Of a stretch of DNA of 64,000 nt, positions 37,376 to 48,215 are shown one piece after another. Positions within the stretch are counted from its first letter, which is position 1. The number at the start of each line of letters is the position of its first letter. A program made the translations under genes and the position numbers. The stretch comes from Candidatus Parcubacteria bacterium (GTDB lineage Bacteria; Patescibacteriota; Patescibacteriia; Patescibacteriales; UBA12075), in the NCBI GenBank assembly GCA_963827735.1, contig CAWHBO010000005.1, forward strand, positions 187,669 through 251,668, given 5' to 3'. The notes beneath the pieces were generated by a model that had not been told where the DNA came from, made no database searches, and saw only the letters and a program-made list of their open reading frames with translations.

Positions 37376-39259
37376 TCACGGTCGGGCCGGCCCGGACCGG
37401 GTGTCGGACATCGGTGTGTTGACCGTGATCTCGCCGGTGTAGGCGCGGAAGTGCAGTGCCGACTCGTGACCATGTCCGTGGTGCAGGGTGAGGTGCGCGA
37501 TCGGGCCGTCGGTGGCCAGGTCGTTGCGGTTGCGGGCATGCCAGTTGCGGTCCGCGAGCGGGAAGTTGGAGCCTGCGATCTCGATCCGGATCCGGTGGCC
37601 TGCCGGGAAGTAGTTCGCGGTGGTGATGCCGCCGATCCGGACCCGGTGGATCTCGCCGGGCACGAGCTTGGCTGGCTGCTCGAAGCCGTCGCGGTAGCGG
37701 AGCCGCAAGCAGCTGTCCGCGAGGTTGTAGGCGGTCCCGTCCGGATAGACGTCCACGAGCTTGACGAAGACATCCGCGTCCTCGACGTCGGCTGACACGT
37801 GCAGTTCCGCGCTGAGGTCGCCGACGATCGCTGTCGGCTCGGTCAGCACGGGCGTGCTGTACACGAGCACATCGGCCCGGCACTCAACCACCCGCTGATC
37901 CACGCAGATCGGGTCATGGGTGGCGAGGTCGCCGCCGAGCGACTGCACGGGGTTGTGCGGGTCGGCGATGAACTCGTCGGTCCCGGCGCCGCGGGCAGCA
38001 GGCACAAGGGCACCGTCGCCCCACAGCGTGTTCGCGGACTTGTCGCTGGCCAGGAAGAGCGTCCGCGTCTCAGTCTCGGGCAGCGGCCAGGACTCGCCGG
38101 TCAGCCAGGTGCACGCGCCCATGAGGAAGACCTGCACCTTCGGCATCGGCTGCCAGGCGTCTGCCTCATCGCCGAGGAACCGGTCGAACCACGAGATGAT
38201 GATCTCGTCGTAGGGGAAGCGGGTGTCGCCCATGGGCCGCTGGCCCAGGCGGGCCTCCGGGCCGGTCACCAGCATCCGGCAGTGCTCCGTCGGCGCCATG
38301 ATCAGGTACTGGTCGGGATGATGCTGCTGGAACTCGAATAGCTTGACCGTCTCGTGGGCGCCGACATCCATCCACCCGTTGAAGTTGATGGACGGCGTCG
38401 CGCCGGTGTGGCTGGCGTTGATCAGGTCAACCACTTTCCAGGCCGGGCTGGCCAGCCCGCCGGCCATGAACGTCTCGTAGCCCGTCAGCGGCGAGCCCAT
38501 CCGCCGCAATATGCCGCCGCTCGGCGCTTGCAGCGTCGCCTTGTCGAGGGCTGCGGTGTACTCCGGGCTGCGGAAGTCCGGCACGGTCACCGAGTACTGC
38601 CGGAAGATCCGGGCCAGCTCGTCGCCCGCGGCGCCGGCGGGCAGCTTCGGCCGCTGCCAGACCCCGAACGGGCCATACCACAGTGCCCATGCCTTGATCA
38701 TGGGAACGCCGCCGCGGAAGAAGCAGCCGTTCGATCCCTCCGCACCCGGGATGTCGCCGACGCCCGCGCCTGAGCTCATCGGCACGCAAGCGCGCAGCGC
38801 CGGATGGCCGATGGCGCCGAGCTTCAGCTGGTTCTCGGCGGTCGAGGAGCAGCCGTGCAGGCCCACCTTGCCGTTGGACCATTCCTGCGCGCTGATCCAG
38901 TCGAGGGTGTCCTGTGCGTCCGCGGTGGTGGTGGTCAGGATGCCGAAGTCGCCTTCTGACCATTCGCTTCCGCGCTCGTTCTGCATGATCAGCGCGTAGT
39001 TCTTCTTGAACTGCGCGGTGTGCATGGGCTTGAACTGATCGGGGATGGCGGCCGCGTACGGTGACCGGACCAGGAGGGTGGGATATCGGCCTTCAGCGCG
39101 CGGCCGGAAGACCACAGTCGCCAGCCGGATTCCGTCGCGCATCGGCAGCATGATGTAGTCGACCCGGTAGCGGATGGTGTCCGCTCCGAGGGCGCGGACA
39201 GCCGATTCGAGCGCTGTGGGCGGCCGGAACTCCTCGGGCCTGTCGTCGGCTGCTGTCAT
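37376..39259 (-). CDS. CocE/NonD-family hydrolase (X-Pro dipeptidyl-peptidase S15-like) with an atypical nucleophile motif
   Basis: Intact 627-aa ORF from MTAADDRPEEF. C-terminal X-Pro dipeptidyl-peptidase-like beta-sandwich region. The catalytic region reads GLHGCSSTAEN rather than the canonical GxSYxG. Confidence 0.6.
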   Translation of the reverse strand: MTAADDRPEEFRPPTALESAVRALGADTIRYRVDYIMLPMRDGIRLATVVFRPRAEGRYPTLLVRSPYAAAIPDQFKPMHTAQFKKNYALIMQNERGSEWSEGDFGILTTTTADAQDTLDWISAQEWSNGKVGLHGCSSTAENQLKLGAIGHPALRACVPMSSGAGVGDIPGAEGSNGCFFRGGVPMIKAWALWYGPFGVWQRPKLPAGAAGDELARIFRQYSVTVPDFRSPEYTAALDKATLQAPSGGILRRMGSPLTGYETFMAGGLASPAWKVVDLINASHTGATPSINFNGWMDVGAHETVKLFEFQQHHPDQYLIMAPTEHCRMLVTGPEARLGQRPMGDTRFPYDEIIISWFDRFLGDEADAWQPMPKVQVFLMGACTWLTGESWPLPETETRTLFLASDKSANTLWGDGALVPAARGAGTDEFIADPHNPVQSLGGDLATHDPICVDQRVVECRADVLVYSTPVLTEPTAIVGDLSAELHVSADVEDADVFVKLVDVYPDGTAYNLADSCLRLRYRDGFEQPAKLVPGEIHRVRIGGITTANYFPAGHRIRIEIAGSNFPLADRNWHARNRNDLATDGPIAHLTLHHGHGHESALHFRAYTGEITVNTPMSDTRSGPARP

Positions 39260-39827
39260 GCGCGGTCGACCTCCCGCGGTATTTGTTATCCGATCAATGC
39301 GCCGGGTTTGCGGTCCATTATCGATGTTGAGGCAACAGCGGCCGCAGAGCCGTCCGCCTCGACGGCTTCCGCCGCTCCGGCCCGGGAACCATCGCGCCAC
39401 GACGCCCAGCACAGAACCGGGAACTCTGGACCTTAACCAGCGGCCGTGCCAGCCCAACTGGACAAGCTCGTAATCGTTCTGCTGCGTTTCCTGGTGCCTG
39501 CGCTTTGGTGACCAGGCCGTACAGGTGGTGACCTGGCGTGACGACCAGTGCGATCTTACGGTCGAGTGGTCAGTTCTATTGCTTGGGCCGCGGTCGGCCC
39601 GGCAGCCTTCGGGGTCTCAGCCCAGCTCTGGAGAGGTCGCGTGATCGTGATGGGGGTGACCCTCCGGATCCTGCGAGACTGAGGCTGACCTGCCGATAGG
39701 ACTGCTCGGCCTGACGCGGCTGCGGGTTCGCGCCCTGCGCCGCGGACTGACCGGGGGCTGCCGATGGAATCTTCCGCGACGATGTCCGCTTCACACGGTA
39801 TCCGCGCTCGAACGCGAGTCGGCGGAA

Positions 39828-41056
39828 GTGCGGGCGCGCCGCCTGGCTGCCGCGCGCCGGCGGGCTACCGCTCTCCTGGCCGGGGTGACGGTTGTGTTCG
39901 TGGCCGTGACTGTGGCCGGTGTCCACGGGACGCTGCTTGGGTACGTGCAGGCCGGCGCCGAGGCGGCCATGGTCGGAGGCGTGGCGGACTGGTTCGCGGT
40001 GACGGCTCTGTTCCGCCGTCCTCTTGGCCTGCCGATACCGCACACTGCGCTGATCGTCGAGCGCAAGGATCAGTTCGCCGCCACTCTTGGCCAGTTCGTG
40101 CAGGAGAACTTCCTCAACGGCGATGTTCTTGCCGAGCGGATCCGCTCCGCCCGGCTCGTTGCCCGCCTGGCTGCCTGGCTCGCCGACGAGGCCAACGCCG
40201 CCGGCTTCGCCGGTCACGCCGCGGATCTGGTGGTCACGGTGGCCGAGGCTCTTGCGTGATGAGGATGTCCAGCGCGTGGTCACCGCCGAGCTGACCCGGG
40301 CGGCAGACGCCGTCGAGGTGGCGCCGCTGGCTGGGCGGGCCGTGCGGGTCCTCATGGCGGGAGGCCACCACGCCGAGTTGTTTAACGCCATCGTGTCCGG
40401 CGCCGATCGCTATCTCGCCGATCATCACACCGAGCTTCGCGAGCTGTTTGAGGCCGAGTCACCCCGCTGGGTGCCCGACGCGGTGTACCAGCGGGTCTTC
40501 GACCGCCTGTACAGCCGCCTGCGCGACAGGCTGGCGGCGATGGCGGCCGATCCGGACGACGAAGCCCGGCACCAGTTCGAGGAATGGCTCGCCGGGCTTC
40601 CCGACCGCCTCGAGACATCCCCCGAGCTGCGCGAGCGCGGGGAGCTGCATCAAGCGCGATGTCCTGGGCAGCGCCGCGCTGCGGGACTGGTCCTCGTCGC
40701 TGTGGAAGAGGCCAAGGACACGCTCCGGACCCAGGCGGCCGACCCAGGGTCTGAGCTGCGCCGCCGGCTGGCCGGTGCGCTGGCGGCGGCAGGCGGGCGC
40801 CTTGGATCAGACCGCCGCCTCCAAGACAGCGTCGAGCGTGTCGTCGAATCAGGAGCCAGGGCACTCGCCGATCAGTTCCACGACGAGCTTCGCTGGCCTG
40901 GTCACGGGAACCATCCAGCGGTGGGACGCCGCACAGACGTCGAGCCAGCTGGAGCTGCTACTAGGACGCGACCTGCAGTTCATCCGCATCAATGGCACAG
41001 TGGTGGGAGCTGGCGTGGGCCTGGCCTTGCACGCCATCGTCCTGGCCCTGGCCTAA
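39828..41056 (+). pseudogene. DUF445-family membrane protein, interrupted by two frame changes (about 40250 and about 40895)
   Basis: N-terminus GGVADWFAVTALFRRPLGLPIPHTALIVERKDQF and C-terminus GRDLQFIRINGTVVGAGVGLALHAIV are both DUF445 signatures, but they lie in three different frames. Confidence 0.6.
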
Positions 41057-41279
41057 TCCACGCCCATCTTGAGGCGGGCCCGGTCCTGCCAGGAAGCACG
41101 TGCTTCCCGGCGCGGCAGGCACGGCTCCTTCCAAGCCCTGACGGCGCCCGCACGCGCCGTTGACGTCGAAGACGGCACCACCGTCACCGCGACGAAGCCA
41201 TCGGCGGTCGTCACGCTCCCTAACCGATGATCTGCGCTCCTGCAGTGCCCGTGGCCGGCCAGACCGCTTACGCTGTACC

Positions 41280-41456
41280 CAGTTCGACCAGCGGACGCTG
41301 CGGCTGATCGGGCCAGCGCACCGCCAAGAGCCCGACGCCGTGGTGGCCGCAAGCCAGCGCATCGGCTGGCTCACCTGGGAGAAGTGCCACGACCTGATCA
41401 AGGCCAACTCCGGCGGCGGCTGCGCGTGGCTTGAGGCTGAGGAACGGACCGGATAA
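41280..41456 (+). CDS. Small hypothetical protein (...GWLTWEKCHDLIKANSGGGCAWLEAEERTG)
   Basis: Strong GC3 over about 180 nt. Start codon uncertain. Confidence 0.3.
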   Translation, partial: QFDQRTLRLIGPAHRQEPDAVVAASQRIGWLTWEKCHDLIKANSGGGCAWLEAEERTG

Positions 41457-41738
41457 TCGGACGGCTGCTCTCCTCGCTCGGATCGCGAGCCCGGCGGGGC
41501 AACCTTCTCCAGTGCCACGATTACTTCCGGTGGAGCAAACGCAGGTCAGCACAGCAACAACTCGTCCGGCGCACGGAGCGCCTGACATCCTCAGGGCATT
41601 TTCGAGGAGTTCCGCCGCTGCGGCGAGCGCAATCTCACGTCCTGACGTGCGGGCGCTGCTCCGGCCGTTCCGGCGCGATGATCGTCGCCGCGGGGCCACC
41701 GTCGGATACGGTGCTCAGCCCCAGGACCTGACAGCGGG

Positions 41739-42136
41739 CTAGACCGTGGCGGGCCAGAAAAAAGCGGTCCACGCGCAGATCAGCGCGTCGATCAGGTCTT
41801 CGCGGTGCTTGTGGGCAGCGTCGCTGTCCGGTGACGCTTCCTCAGCCAGCTGCCTGCCGACCGGGTGGGTGTGCAGGAGGAGCGGCGGGTCAGCGGCTGC
41901 CAGCCGGCTGATCCGGCTGATGAGGATGTCGCAGTTCGCGGCGCGCTCACGTTTCCATTGGGCAGCCGCGACCCGTCGTGGCTTGCGGTGCCGTCATCGC
42001 GCGAGCACGCGTCTGCCAGCGCCAGCAGCACCGGGCGCTCGTTGCCCAATGTCGGCGAGTTCGCCCACACCCAGGTCAGCACCGCGATGCTCACCGAGGC
42101 CGCCTTTCCGGGCCCCTGGCCACGCGGGTTCCGCAT
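41739..42136 (-). pseudogene. HTH_36-like (helix-turn-helix, mobile-element-type) protein, frameshifted
   Basis: MRNPRGQGPGKAASVSIAVLTWVWANSPTLGNERPVLLALADACSRDDG... with good GC3, then a frame change to ...ILISRISRLAAADPPLLLHTHPVGRQLAEE.... Confidence 0.45.
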
Positions 42137-42321
42137 CGGCGCAGGCCGCCCGAGCCGGTCCCCTCCGGCCCGCGCCAGTGCAGCGAGCTGGTGTCCGATT
42201 CTGGGAGTGAAATGGGAGCGGCCAAGTTCCGTCAGGTGCCCTCAGGTGCGGCGAGCCGCTTCCTGTCACTGCCGCTGACCTGCGCAGACGCGTCTGGCCA
42301 GTATGGTCGAACGGATGCGTG

Positions 42322-42400
42322 CCTGGTTCGGGACGAAGAGGCCGCCGGTTCAAATCCGGCCACCCCGACCAGGTCAGAGGCCACTTGTGAGCTTCACAGG
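42322..42400 (+). other. tRNA 3'-half-like element copy 2 (same 46-nt sequence as at 35384) followed by a 13-bp stem hairpin and T-run
   Basis: gttcgggacgaagaggccgccggttcaaatccggccaccccgacca, then aggccacttgtga/tcacaggtggcct and tttt. Confidence 0.5.
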
Positions 42401-42436
42401 TGGCCTTTTGCATGTGCTGAGTGACCAACTGAGTGA

Positions 42437-42710
42437 CTATCCGTCGGAGTCCGTGGCCGGGAAGATGCGATCCATGGCATCGGCACCGTGCAAGAGAACG
42501 GGCCGAATCTGCTTGCGGTAAACGGTCTCGGTTGTGGCAGTGCCGCTGTGCCCGACCAGACGGGCAATGTGCTCGACCGGAACGTCGGCATCCGACATCA
42601 GCGAGACGAAGCTGTGCCGAAGTTCCCTCGGAGTCCACTCCCCGGCTCCAAGGGCGCGCCTGGCGGCGCGCCAGCACTCCGGCTCGTGCTCGCTGAAGCG
42701 CCGAAGGACG
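42437..42710 (-). pseudogene. Tyrosine recombinase (phage-type integrase) C-terminal fragment
   Basis: ...WTPRELRHSFVSLMSDADVPVEHIARLVGHSGTATTETVYRKQIRP (box II: HxLRH...LGH...Y). No integrase-like sequence in any frame further upstream. Confidence 0.7.
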
Positions 42711-43362
42711 GTCATCGATACGTGGAGGCCGAAGACGGCATGTGCCTGCCTGCCGGTTCGGGCTGAGAGCGACGGGGATACCCGAGCCGCGCGGGCGGCG
42801 GGCTGTGCCCGCGCCTCTGCGCTTTGAGGGCGCCCGGCGCGGACTGGCCCGCCTCGCGTGCTCATCCCCGCGCCTGCCCGCACGGGGCAGCTCGCCGCAA
42901 CGGAGCGGGCACATGACCGGCCAGCATTTAGCGAACAGCCGAGGGTTGACGAACAGGTGGCGGCTTCGCCGCAGAAGGCCAGCGGGGCGCTGCCCCGGAC
43001 CCCGGCCCTCCCTCAGAGATGGGATCTGGTCTACCAGGTCATCCCCTCGCCCGGCCAGGCAGAGCGCTACGCCCGAACCCCCGGACAGTGCTAGGGCTCG
43101 CTTTGCTCGGCCTCCGGCAGACCCTTGCACTCCCCGGAGAACCGGGCGCAGCCCCGCAGGGTGCCCGACCGAGGAGATGACCTTCAGCCCGCCAGGTGGT
43201 GTCTGCGTGCCAGCCTTGAGTGTGATCATCCACGGCTAGATCCCGGCGCCTATCAGAAGAACGAGCGATGAGTGGATGATGCTCGTCCGGTCGCCGAACC
43301 GCCAGCTTGCGATGTGTCGTGCATCTACTTATGATGGTCATGTGAGTAAGGTGCAGGGCCCG

Positions 43363-43704
43363 ATGCGGGAGCCGACGTACTTCGTGCTGGCGTCGCTGCT
43401 GGACGGGCCGCTGCATGGTTACGCGATCATCCAACGTGCCGGGGAATTGTCGGCTGGCCGGGTCCGGCTGGCGACTGGGACGTTGTACACGGCGCTAGAC
43501 CGCCTTTGCGCTGAGGGATATGTGGAGCTGGTGCGCGAGGAGATCGTGAACGGCCGGGTGCGGCGCTCGTACGGGCTGACGCCGCCTGGTGCGGGGGCGC
43601 TGCGGGCCGAGGCGGCGCGGATGGCGGAGGCGGCCCGGCTGGTGACGGACCGGGGCCGCGGGCTGCGGGCGGGCGGCGCTGCGCGGAAGGCGAGTCCGGC
43701 GTGA
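43363..43704 (+). CDS. PadR-family transcriptional regulator
   Basis: MREPTYFVLASLLDGPLHGYAIIQ...GTLYTALDRLCAEGYVE...GRVRRSYGLTPPG. Confidence 0.75.
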   Translation: MREPTYFVLASLLDGPLHGYAIIQRAGELSAGRVRLATGTLYTALDRLCAEGYVELVREEIVNGRVRRSYGLTPPGAGALRAEAARMAEAARLVTDRGRGLRAGGAARKASPA

Positions 43705-44262
43705 CCGCGCTGGAGCGGCGGTGCCGGTGGCTGCTGCGCGCCTATCCCGCCTGGTACCGGCGCAAGCGGGGCGAGGAGATGCTCGGCACCCTGCTGGAGG
43801 CCAGCCCGGCCTGGCCGGAAATGGCCTTCCGTCCGCGACGCGCGGGCCCTGGCTATAGGAGGTCTGCGGGTCCGAGGCTGGACCTGGTCGCTGTCGATGC
43901 TGTGGGTTGCGGCTGGGGCTGTCATCACCAGCTACATCTTTTACGCCACCACCCCCAACTACATCTCGGCTGACATTTTTGGCACCGGGTTCATCGGGTA
44001 CGACGCAGGTCCTGCGGCCGTGCAGATCGCCGCGGTCCTGGCACTTGCCGCCTGGCTGGCTCTCCCTCTCCCGGTGGGGATTGCCGGGCTCATCAGGTTT
44101 CGCGGCTGGCGGGCGGCCAACTGGCTCCGCGCGGCCGCGTGGGCAGGTGCGTGGATCGCGGGCGCCGCGCTGTTGGTGCTGGCCCGTGCCTGGGGAAATT
44201 CCCCAGGGTCAGCTGGGGAGAGCTGCCAATCTGTGCGGCGTGGCTGGTACTCGGGGCCCTGA
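43701..44262 (+). pseudogene. PadR-associated membrane protein (N-terminus MTALERRCRWLLRAYPAWYRRKRGEEMLGTLLEAS); frame change near 43805
   Basis: N-terminal motif is in frame 0. TM-rich continuation (...GRKWPSVRDARALAIGGLRVRGWTWSLSMLWVAAGAVITSYIFY...) is in frame +1. Confidence 0.55.
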
Positions 44263-44755
44263 TGACCTCAATACTGGCGGTGCCGGTGACGTCTGACCTG
44301 AGAGTGCCTAACTGAGTGATGACGACAATGCTCGTGGCCACACGCCAGCGGACGCTCATGGATATGAGCGCCCAGGTCATGCGCGGATGCTGCCACGTCA
44401 TCGAAGTGCCGAAGTGCCCTCGTAATGAACAGGTCCGCAGATAACCAGTGAAGGCGCGGCCTGGCTTCTGAGTGACCAACTGCGTGACAACGGTCGCGGC
44501 GAACCGGATACCACGGGCGGACACCAGCGGACAGTCGTAGCAGGCTGGCAGGCTCATCGTGGGTGGCGAGTGGACTCTCTGACTTGCCTGATAAGGAAGA
44601 AGTCGATGGAGGCTGAGCCGGTCAGGCGCCCTGTTCTCATTCCGAAGTTAAAAGGCTAGTTAGCACCTGGTTTACCACCCTCTCGTTGGGTAGTCCCATA
44701 CACATCCGAATGGCTCGAACAGATGCAATGACGACCTATCATGTAGGATCGTGGC

Positions 44756-45531
44756 ATGGTGGAGCATCCCGAACTAGAGCGTGCGCTGCTCGCATCGGTC
44801 AATGATGCGATTAACCGACTCGCGCGTGATCCCAGTGCTAGAGACTACACAACAGATCTTGGCCACTGGCAGCGCGATCCAGAGGGGGCCTTCCGGATAG
44901 CGAGCGGCCCATAGATTTTGGAGTCGCACCGCACTGAGCCGCCAATTCGATCTGCCTACTTGGACGGCAGTTCTTGACGTGCTTCGCTGAGATGGCAGGC
45001 TAAATCGCCAACTACGATACTCTCGTTGGAACTGCGCAAAATAGTCATCGTATCGAAACAACAAGTATCGGTCGGCGTGTCCTACCACGCCCGAACGAGC
45101 TTGACCAGGTCACCGAAGCTTTCGAGAAGCACTACCAAGAGATTGAGGCTTTCCTAGCCGCAAATCAGATCGAGTACACAGTTATATGGCCGATGCCAGG
45201 CCTCACAATCGATGTGCTACCCATTCAACTAGAGGCCACGCTAGAGCTCGACGCCATGACGGACCGCGAACTGGGGTTTGCCCTGGATACTGAGATTGTG
45301 CGTACGACATTCCCACGCGAAAGGCTCTTTAATCGAACGCCTGAACATCGTACTTGTGTGCGCTACCAGTATAGCTTGCCCAAAGTGGTCGGAGACCGGG
45401 ACATAAATGAGACGCTTCGTACCGGCGAGGACATCGAGAATACGCTTCGGCATATCGAGTTGGCATTGAAAGAGTCACTGGCGATCGTATTGCCAGATGC
45501 GATCGGGATGGCAGGCCGCTTTGGCATCTAA
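44756..45531 (+). pseudogene. Hypothetical protein of a lower-GC sub-island, readable only across at least three frames (44756-44914, about 44915-45003, 45004-45531)
   Basis: About 55% GC versus about 70% in the surroundings. Protein-like segments MVEHPELERALLASVNDAINRLARDP... and ...NELDQVTEAFEKHYQEIEAFLAANQIEYTVIWPMPGLT...RHIELALKESLAIVLPDAIG. Confidence 0.4.
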
Positions 45532-45614
45532 GCAAGCCAGGAAGCCCTCTGTCAGGAGGCATTGCCTTCCAGCAAGCTACGTTGCCACAAGGCCCGCGTC
45601 TACGCCGCGCGCAT

Positions 45615-46135
45615 ATGAGTAATAGCCAGGCTTCCGAACTGTTTGAGGTCTGGCAATTTATACGCCAACCTGGGCTACTGCAAAGGCACAAGGGTCTAGC
45701 CTGGCCCTCCGTAGGTTGAGCTACCAGGCGCAACGAGAGCAACCCGAGGATGAGCTGCTAGACACGATGATTGCCGCCGAGGCGCTGTACCTAACAGACG
45801 TGGGTAATGAGGCAGAGCGCGGGGAACTTCGCTACCGACTTGCGCTACGCGCCGCCCTCTATAGCGGGCTAACCCGAGAGGCAGAAGTCGGATATACTGC
45901 ACGCGAAGTGCTTGGAATCATGAAATCTGCCTACGATGCGCGTAGCGCGATTGCCCATGGAGGGACACCCAAACCCGGAGACATGAAAGTGCGAGGGCAG
46001 AGAGTCTCACTTGGCGAGCTTGCTAAGGCCGCAAAGTCTGTGATTACTGCTGGCTGTCGAGCCGCTCTAGCCAAAGCAGTATCTCCAGAGGGAGGCTGGC
46101 CGCCAGACTGGGATGGCTTGGCTTTGGGTGTTTGA
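45615..46135 (+). CDS. HEPN-like domain protein (Rx4HG motif); ATG 45615 and TTG 45716 are in different frames, so a frameshift is possible
   Basis: ...ELRYRLALRAALY...YTAREVLGIMKSAYDARSAIAHGG.... Lies in the lower-GC island. Confidence 0.4.
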
Positions 46136-46645
46136 AAAGCTAAATCTTGCCATTACCCCTGCTTGCGCAGCGAATCGCTTCATCGCGCCACCGGGCTCAT
46201 TTGGTAGCGCGCCGCGACAAGCGCTCCGGATGACGCCAACCGAACCGAACCAGGTAGGGGAACGACCCAGTTGCCAATGCACACGTCCGATGGTGTCACG
46301 TGTTCTCGATCAGCGGCTGCGCGGCGCAGGCATGCAGTGTCAACCAACTATTTGACATATCGCGGGGGTAGTCAGTTACAGTCGCAGCTCACCCCCGTAC
46401 GGACAGATCCGAGACCGTACCCACACCGCCCGACGAGCGCAACGATCCGGCACGAACAAATGACATACGCCGTGGTCCTGCGACTGTGCTGGCGATGCGT
46501 CCAGCTGCCTCCGTGACACCACGCCAACGGCCATGCGGGCATCCTCTGAGTCGCAGGTCAGAGGATATGGCCCAGATCGAAGGACAACTCCCTGTAAGAC
46601 CGTCGCCCCGCGGATGGATGAAGGCGTAATGGGTAGTCGGCAGCT

Positions 46646-46951
46646 ATGGAAGATGTCCCTCCCGGGAGCCCTGACTTCGGGTCTCACGGCGCGGTCCCGC
46701 CAGGTCGGTCACCGGAGCCTGTGGAGTTCACCGAGGAGCAGAAGCGCGAAATCGCACAAGCCCTATATCAGGCCCAGATCGAGCTGCTGCGGGCCATCGC
46801 CCGCGCGGCCGACCAGGCTGACAGTAGTTACTCGGCACGCAGCGCTGTGCGTCATCTAACACATGCGCTGGGGACCCTGCGTGCCACCGCGGGCCGAGCT
46901 CAGTCCCGGTCGCCGTTCTTCCCGGGGCAGCCGCCATGGATCGGCCCCTAG
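46646..46951 (+). CDS. Small hypothetical protein (VEFTEEQKREIAQALYQAQIELLRAIARAAD...)
   Basis: Helical, protein-like composition. Start codon uncertain. Confidence 0.3.
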   Translation: MEDVPPGSPDFGSHGAVPPGRSPEPVEFTEEQKREIAQALYQAQIELLRAIARAADQADSSYSARSAVRHLTHALGTLRATAGRAQSRSPFFPGQPPWIGP

Positions 46952-47400
46952 CCACCGCTCTCGGGACAAGATCAACATGCTCCTCGTTCACGCTGTTGAG
47001 TTGTCAAGTTTCGAGCAGACCTTGCTGACACCGGCAACCGGCGCCTAACACGCAGCTCTTGCCGTCTGCCGATCTTGCTAACGGTTTGCTGACAACGGCT
47101 GTGGAAACGTGGGGTTGGTCTTGGACCCCAAAAGGGAGCCAACGCGTCATGCGGCCCGGGTCAGGCGGCCTGTGATGGACCACCTCGGAGTCTGCAAAGC
47201 CTCCTAAAAATCGGAAGCAATGCCGCGTGGCCTAGCTGGCCGGGCCGGAAGCCGTACAGCACACAAGTACAGCAACGCCATCGGCCGGGAACGACTCCGA
47301 CAAGCTGCCGTGAGACAGCGACCTGCCCCAACGACCACGAATGACCTCACTGCCAGGAGTTCGCATCGAGGTGCTCACTGTGACTCGTAGTTTTATCAAG

Positions 47401-47607
47401 CTAGTGCGGACCACGCCCGGCCTTGTTGATCTTGGTGATGGCTGCGCGGAGGTCGTCGGGGATGGGGTCGGCCGCGGTGATGAGGTGGTCGCCGGCCTGG
47501 ATCTGGATGGTGCGGTAGCGGCGGCTGGCTGACTGTGCGACCTGGGTGACTCGGCGGACCTCCGTGCGTGGCTCGGATAGCTCGTCAAAACGGTCAGAAG
47601 CTTCCAT
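47401..47607 (-). CDS. Small hypothetical protein (MEASDRFDELSEPRTEVRRVTQVAQSASRRYRTIQIQAGDHLITAADPIPDDLRAAITKINKAGRGPH)
   Basis: Excellent GC3 over the 3' 200 nt on the minus strand. The longer six-frame ORF 47401..48249 is not supported upstream. Confidence 0.35.
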   Translation of the reverse strand: MEASDRFDELSEPRTEVRRVTQVAQSASRRYRTIQIQAGDHLITAADPIPDDLRAAITKINKAGRGPH

Positions 47608-47688
47608 GCCACACCATGATCGCAGCACCTCACGGCTCGGGCGCTGATACTCCCGATCGACCTCGGCGCAGACCTCCGGCTCAAAGTA

Positions 47689-48204
47689 ATGGCCGCGTCC
47701 ACGCCGACTGCCTCCGGACCAGCTGTCATGAATCGCTTGGTGCCTGGCTTTCCGCTGTTCCGCGAGTCCGATCTGAAGCGAGTCGATGGCTGGGGTAGTA
47801 AGACCAGCAGCGGTAACGTCGCGCTTGTGAATTCGGACGAGCCGGACGACCACGCAGCCGAGCAGAGTCCTCGCGACCTGGAATTGGCGGTGCAGATTGC
47901 TGTCGCCTTCATAACCAACGTGCCCTATTTGTACAGTACGGAAGCAGGCCTGCTGGCGGCGAGTGCAGCTCCCATCCTGATGGCGATCGCAAATACTCGC
48001 GCCGTACAGAAGCTTGGCAGACGGCGTGCGGAGCACTCTGGCGAGACGATGCTCGACGCCGCTGAGGCTGCCAACCTGCTGTTGCGCGAATTCCTCGACC
48101 ACGCCGTCTCGGACGAGCGCCGCCAGAAGCTTCTGACCCGCACTTTGTGGATCGCTCAAGATGCCGCATTGAGAGCACGAGACGCGTCCTTGCTCGGGCT
48201 CTAG
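47689..48204 (+). CDS. Hypothetical protein (171 aa)
   Basis: Protein-like helical sequence (...LELAVQIAVAFITNVPYLYSTEAGLLAASAAPILMAIANTRAVQKL...) with moderate GC3. Confidence 0.35.
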   Translation: MAASTPTASGPAVMNRLVPGFPLFRESDLKRVDGWGSKTSSGNVALVNSDEPDDHAAEQSPRDLELAVQIAVAFITNVPYLYSTEAGLLAASAAPILMAIANTRAVQKLGRRRAEHSGETMLDAAEAANLLLREFLDHAVSDERRQKLLTRTLWIAQDAALRARDASLLGL

Positions 48205-48215
48205 CGAATGGGGTG

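Noticed and set aside
41994-43229. 411-aa minus-strand ORF spanning the integrase region
   Set aside because: Low-complexity Arg/Ala/Gly/Pro composition and poor GC3. The genuine integrase motif lies in a different frame (42437..42710).
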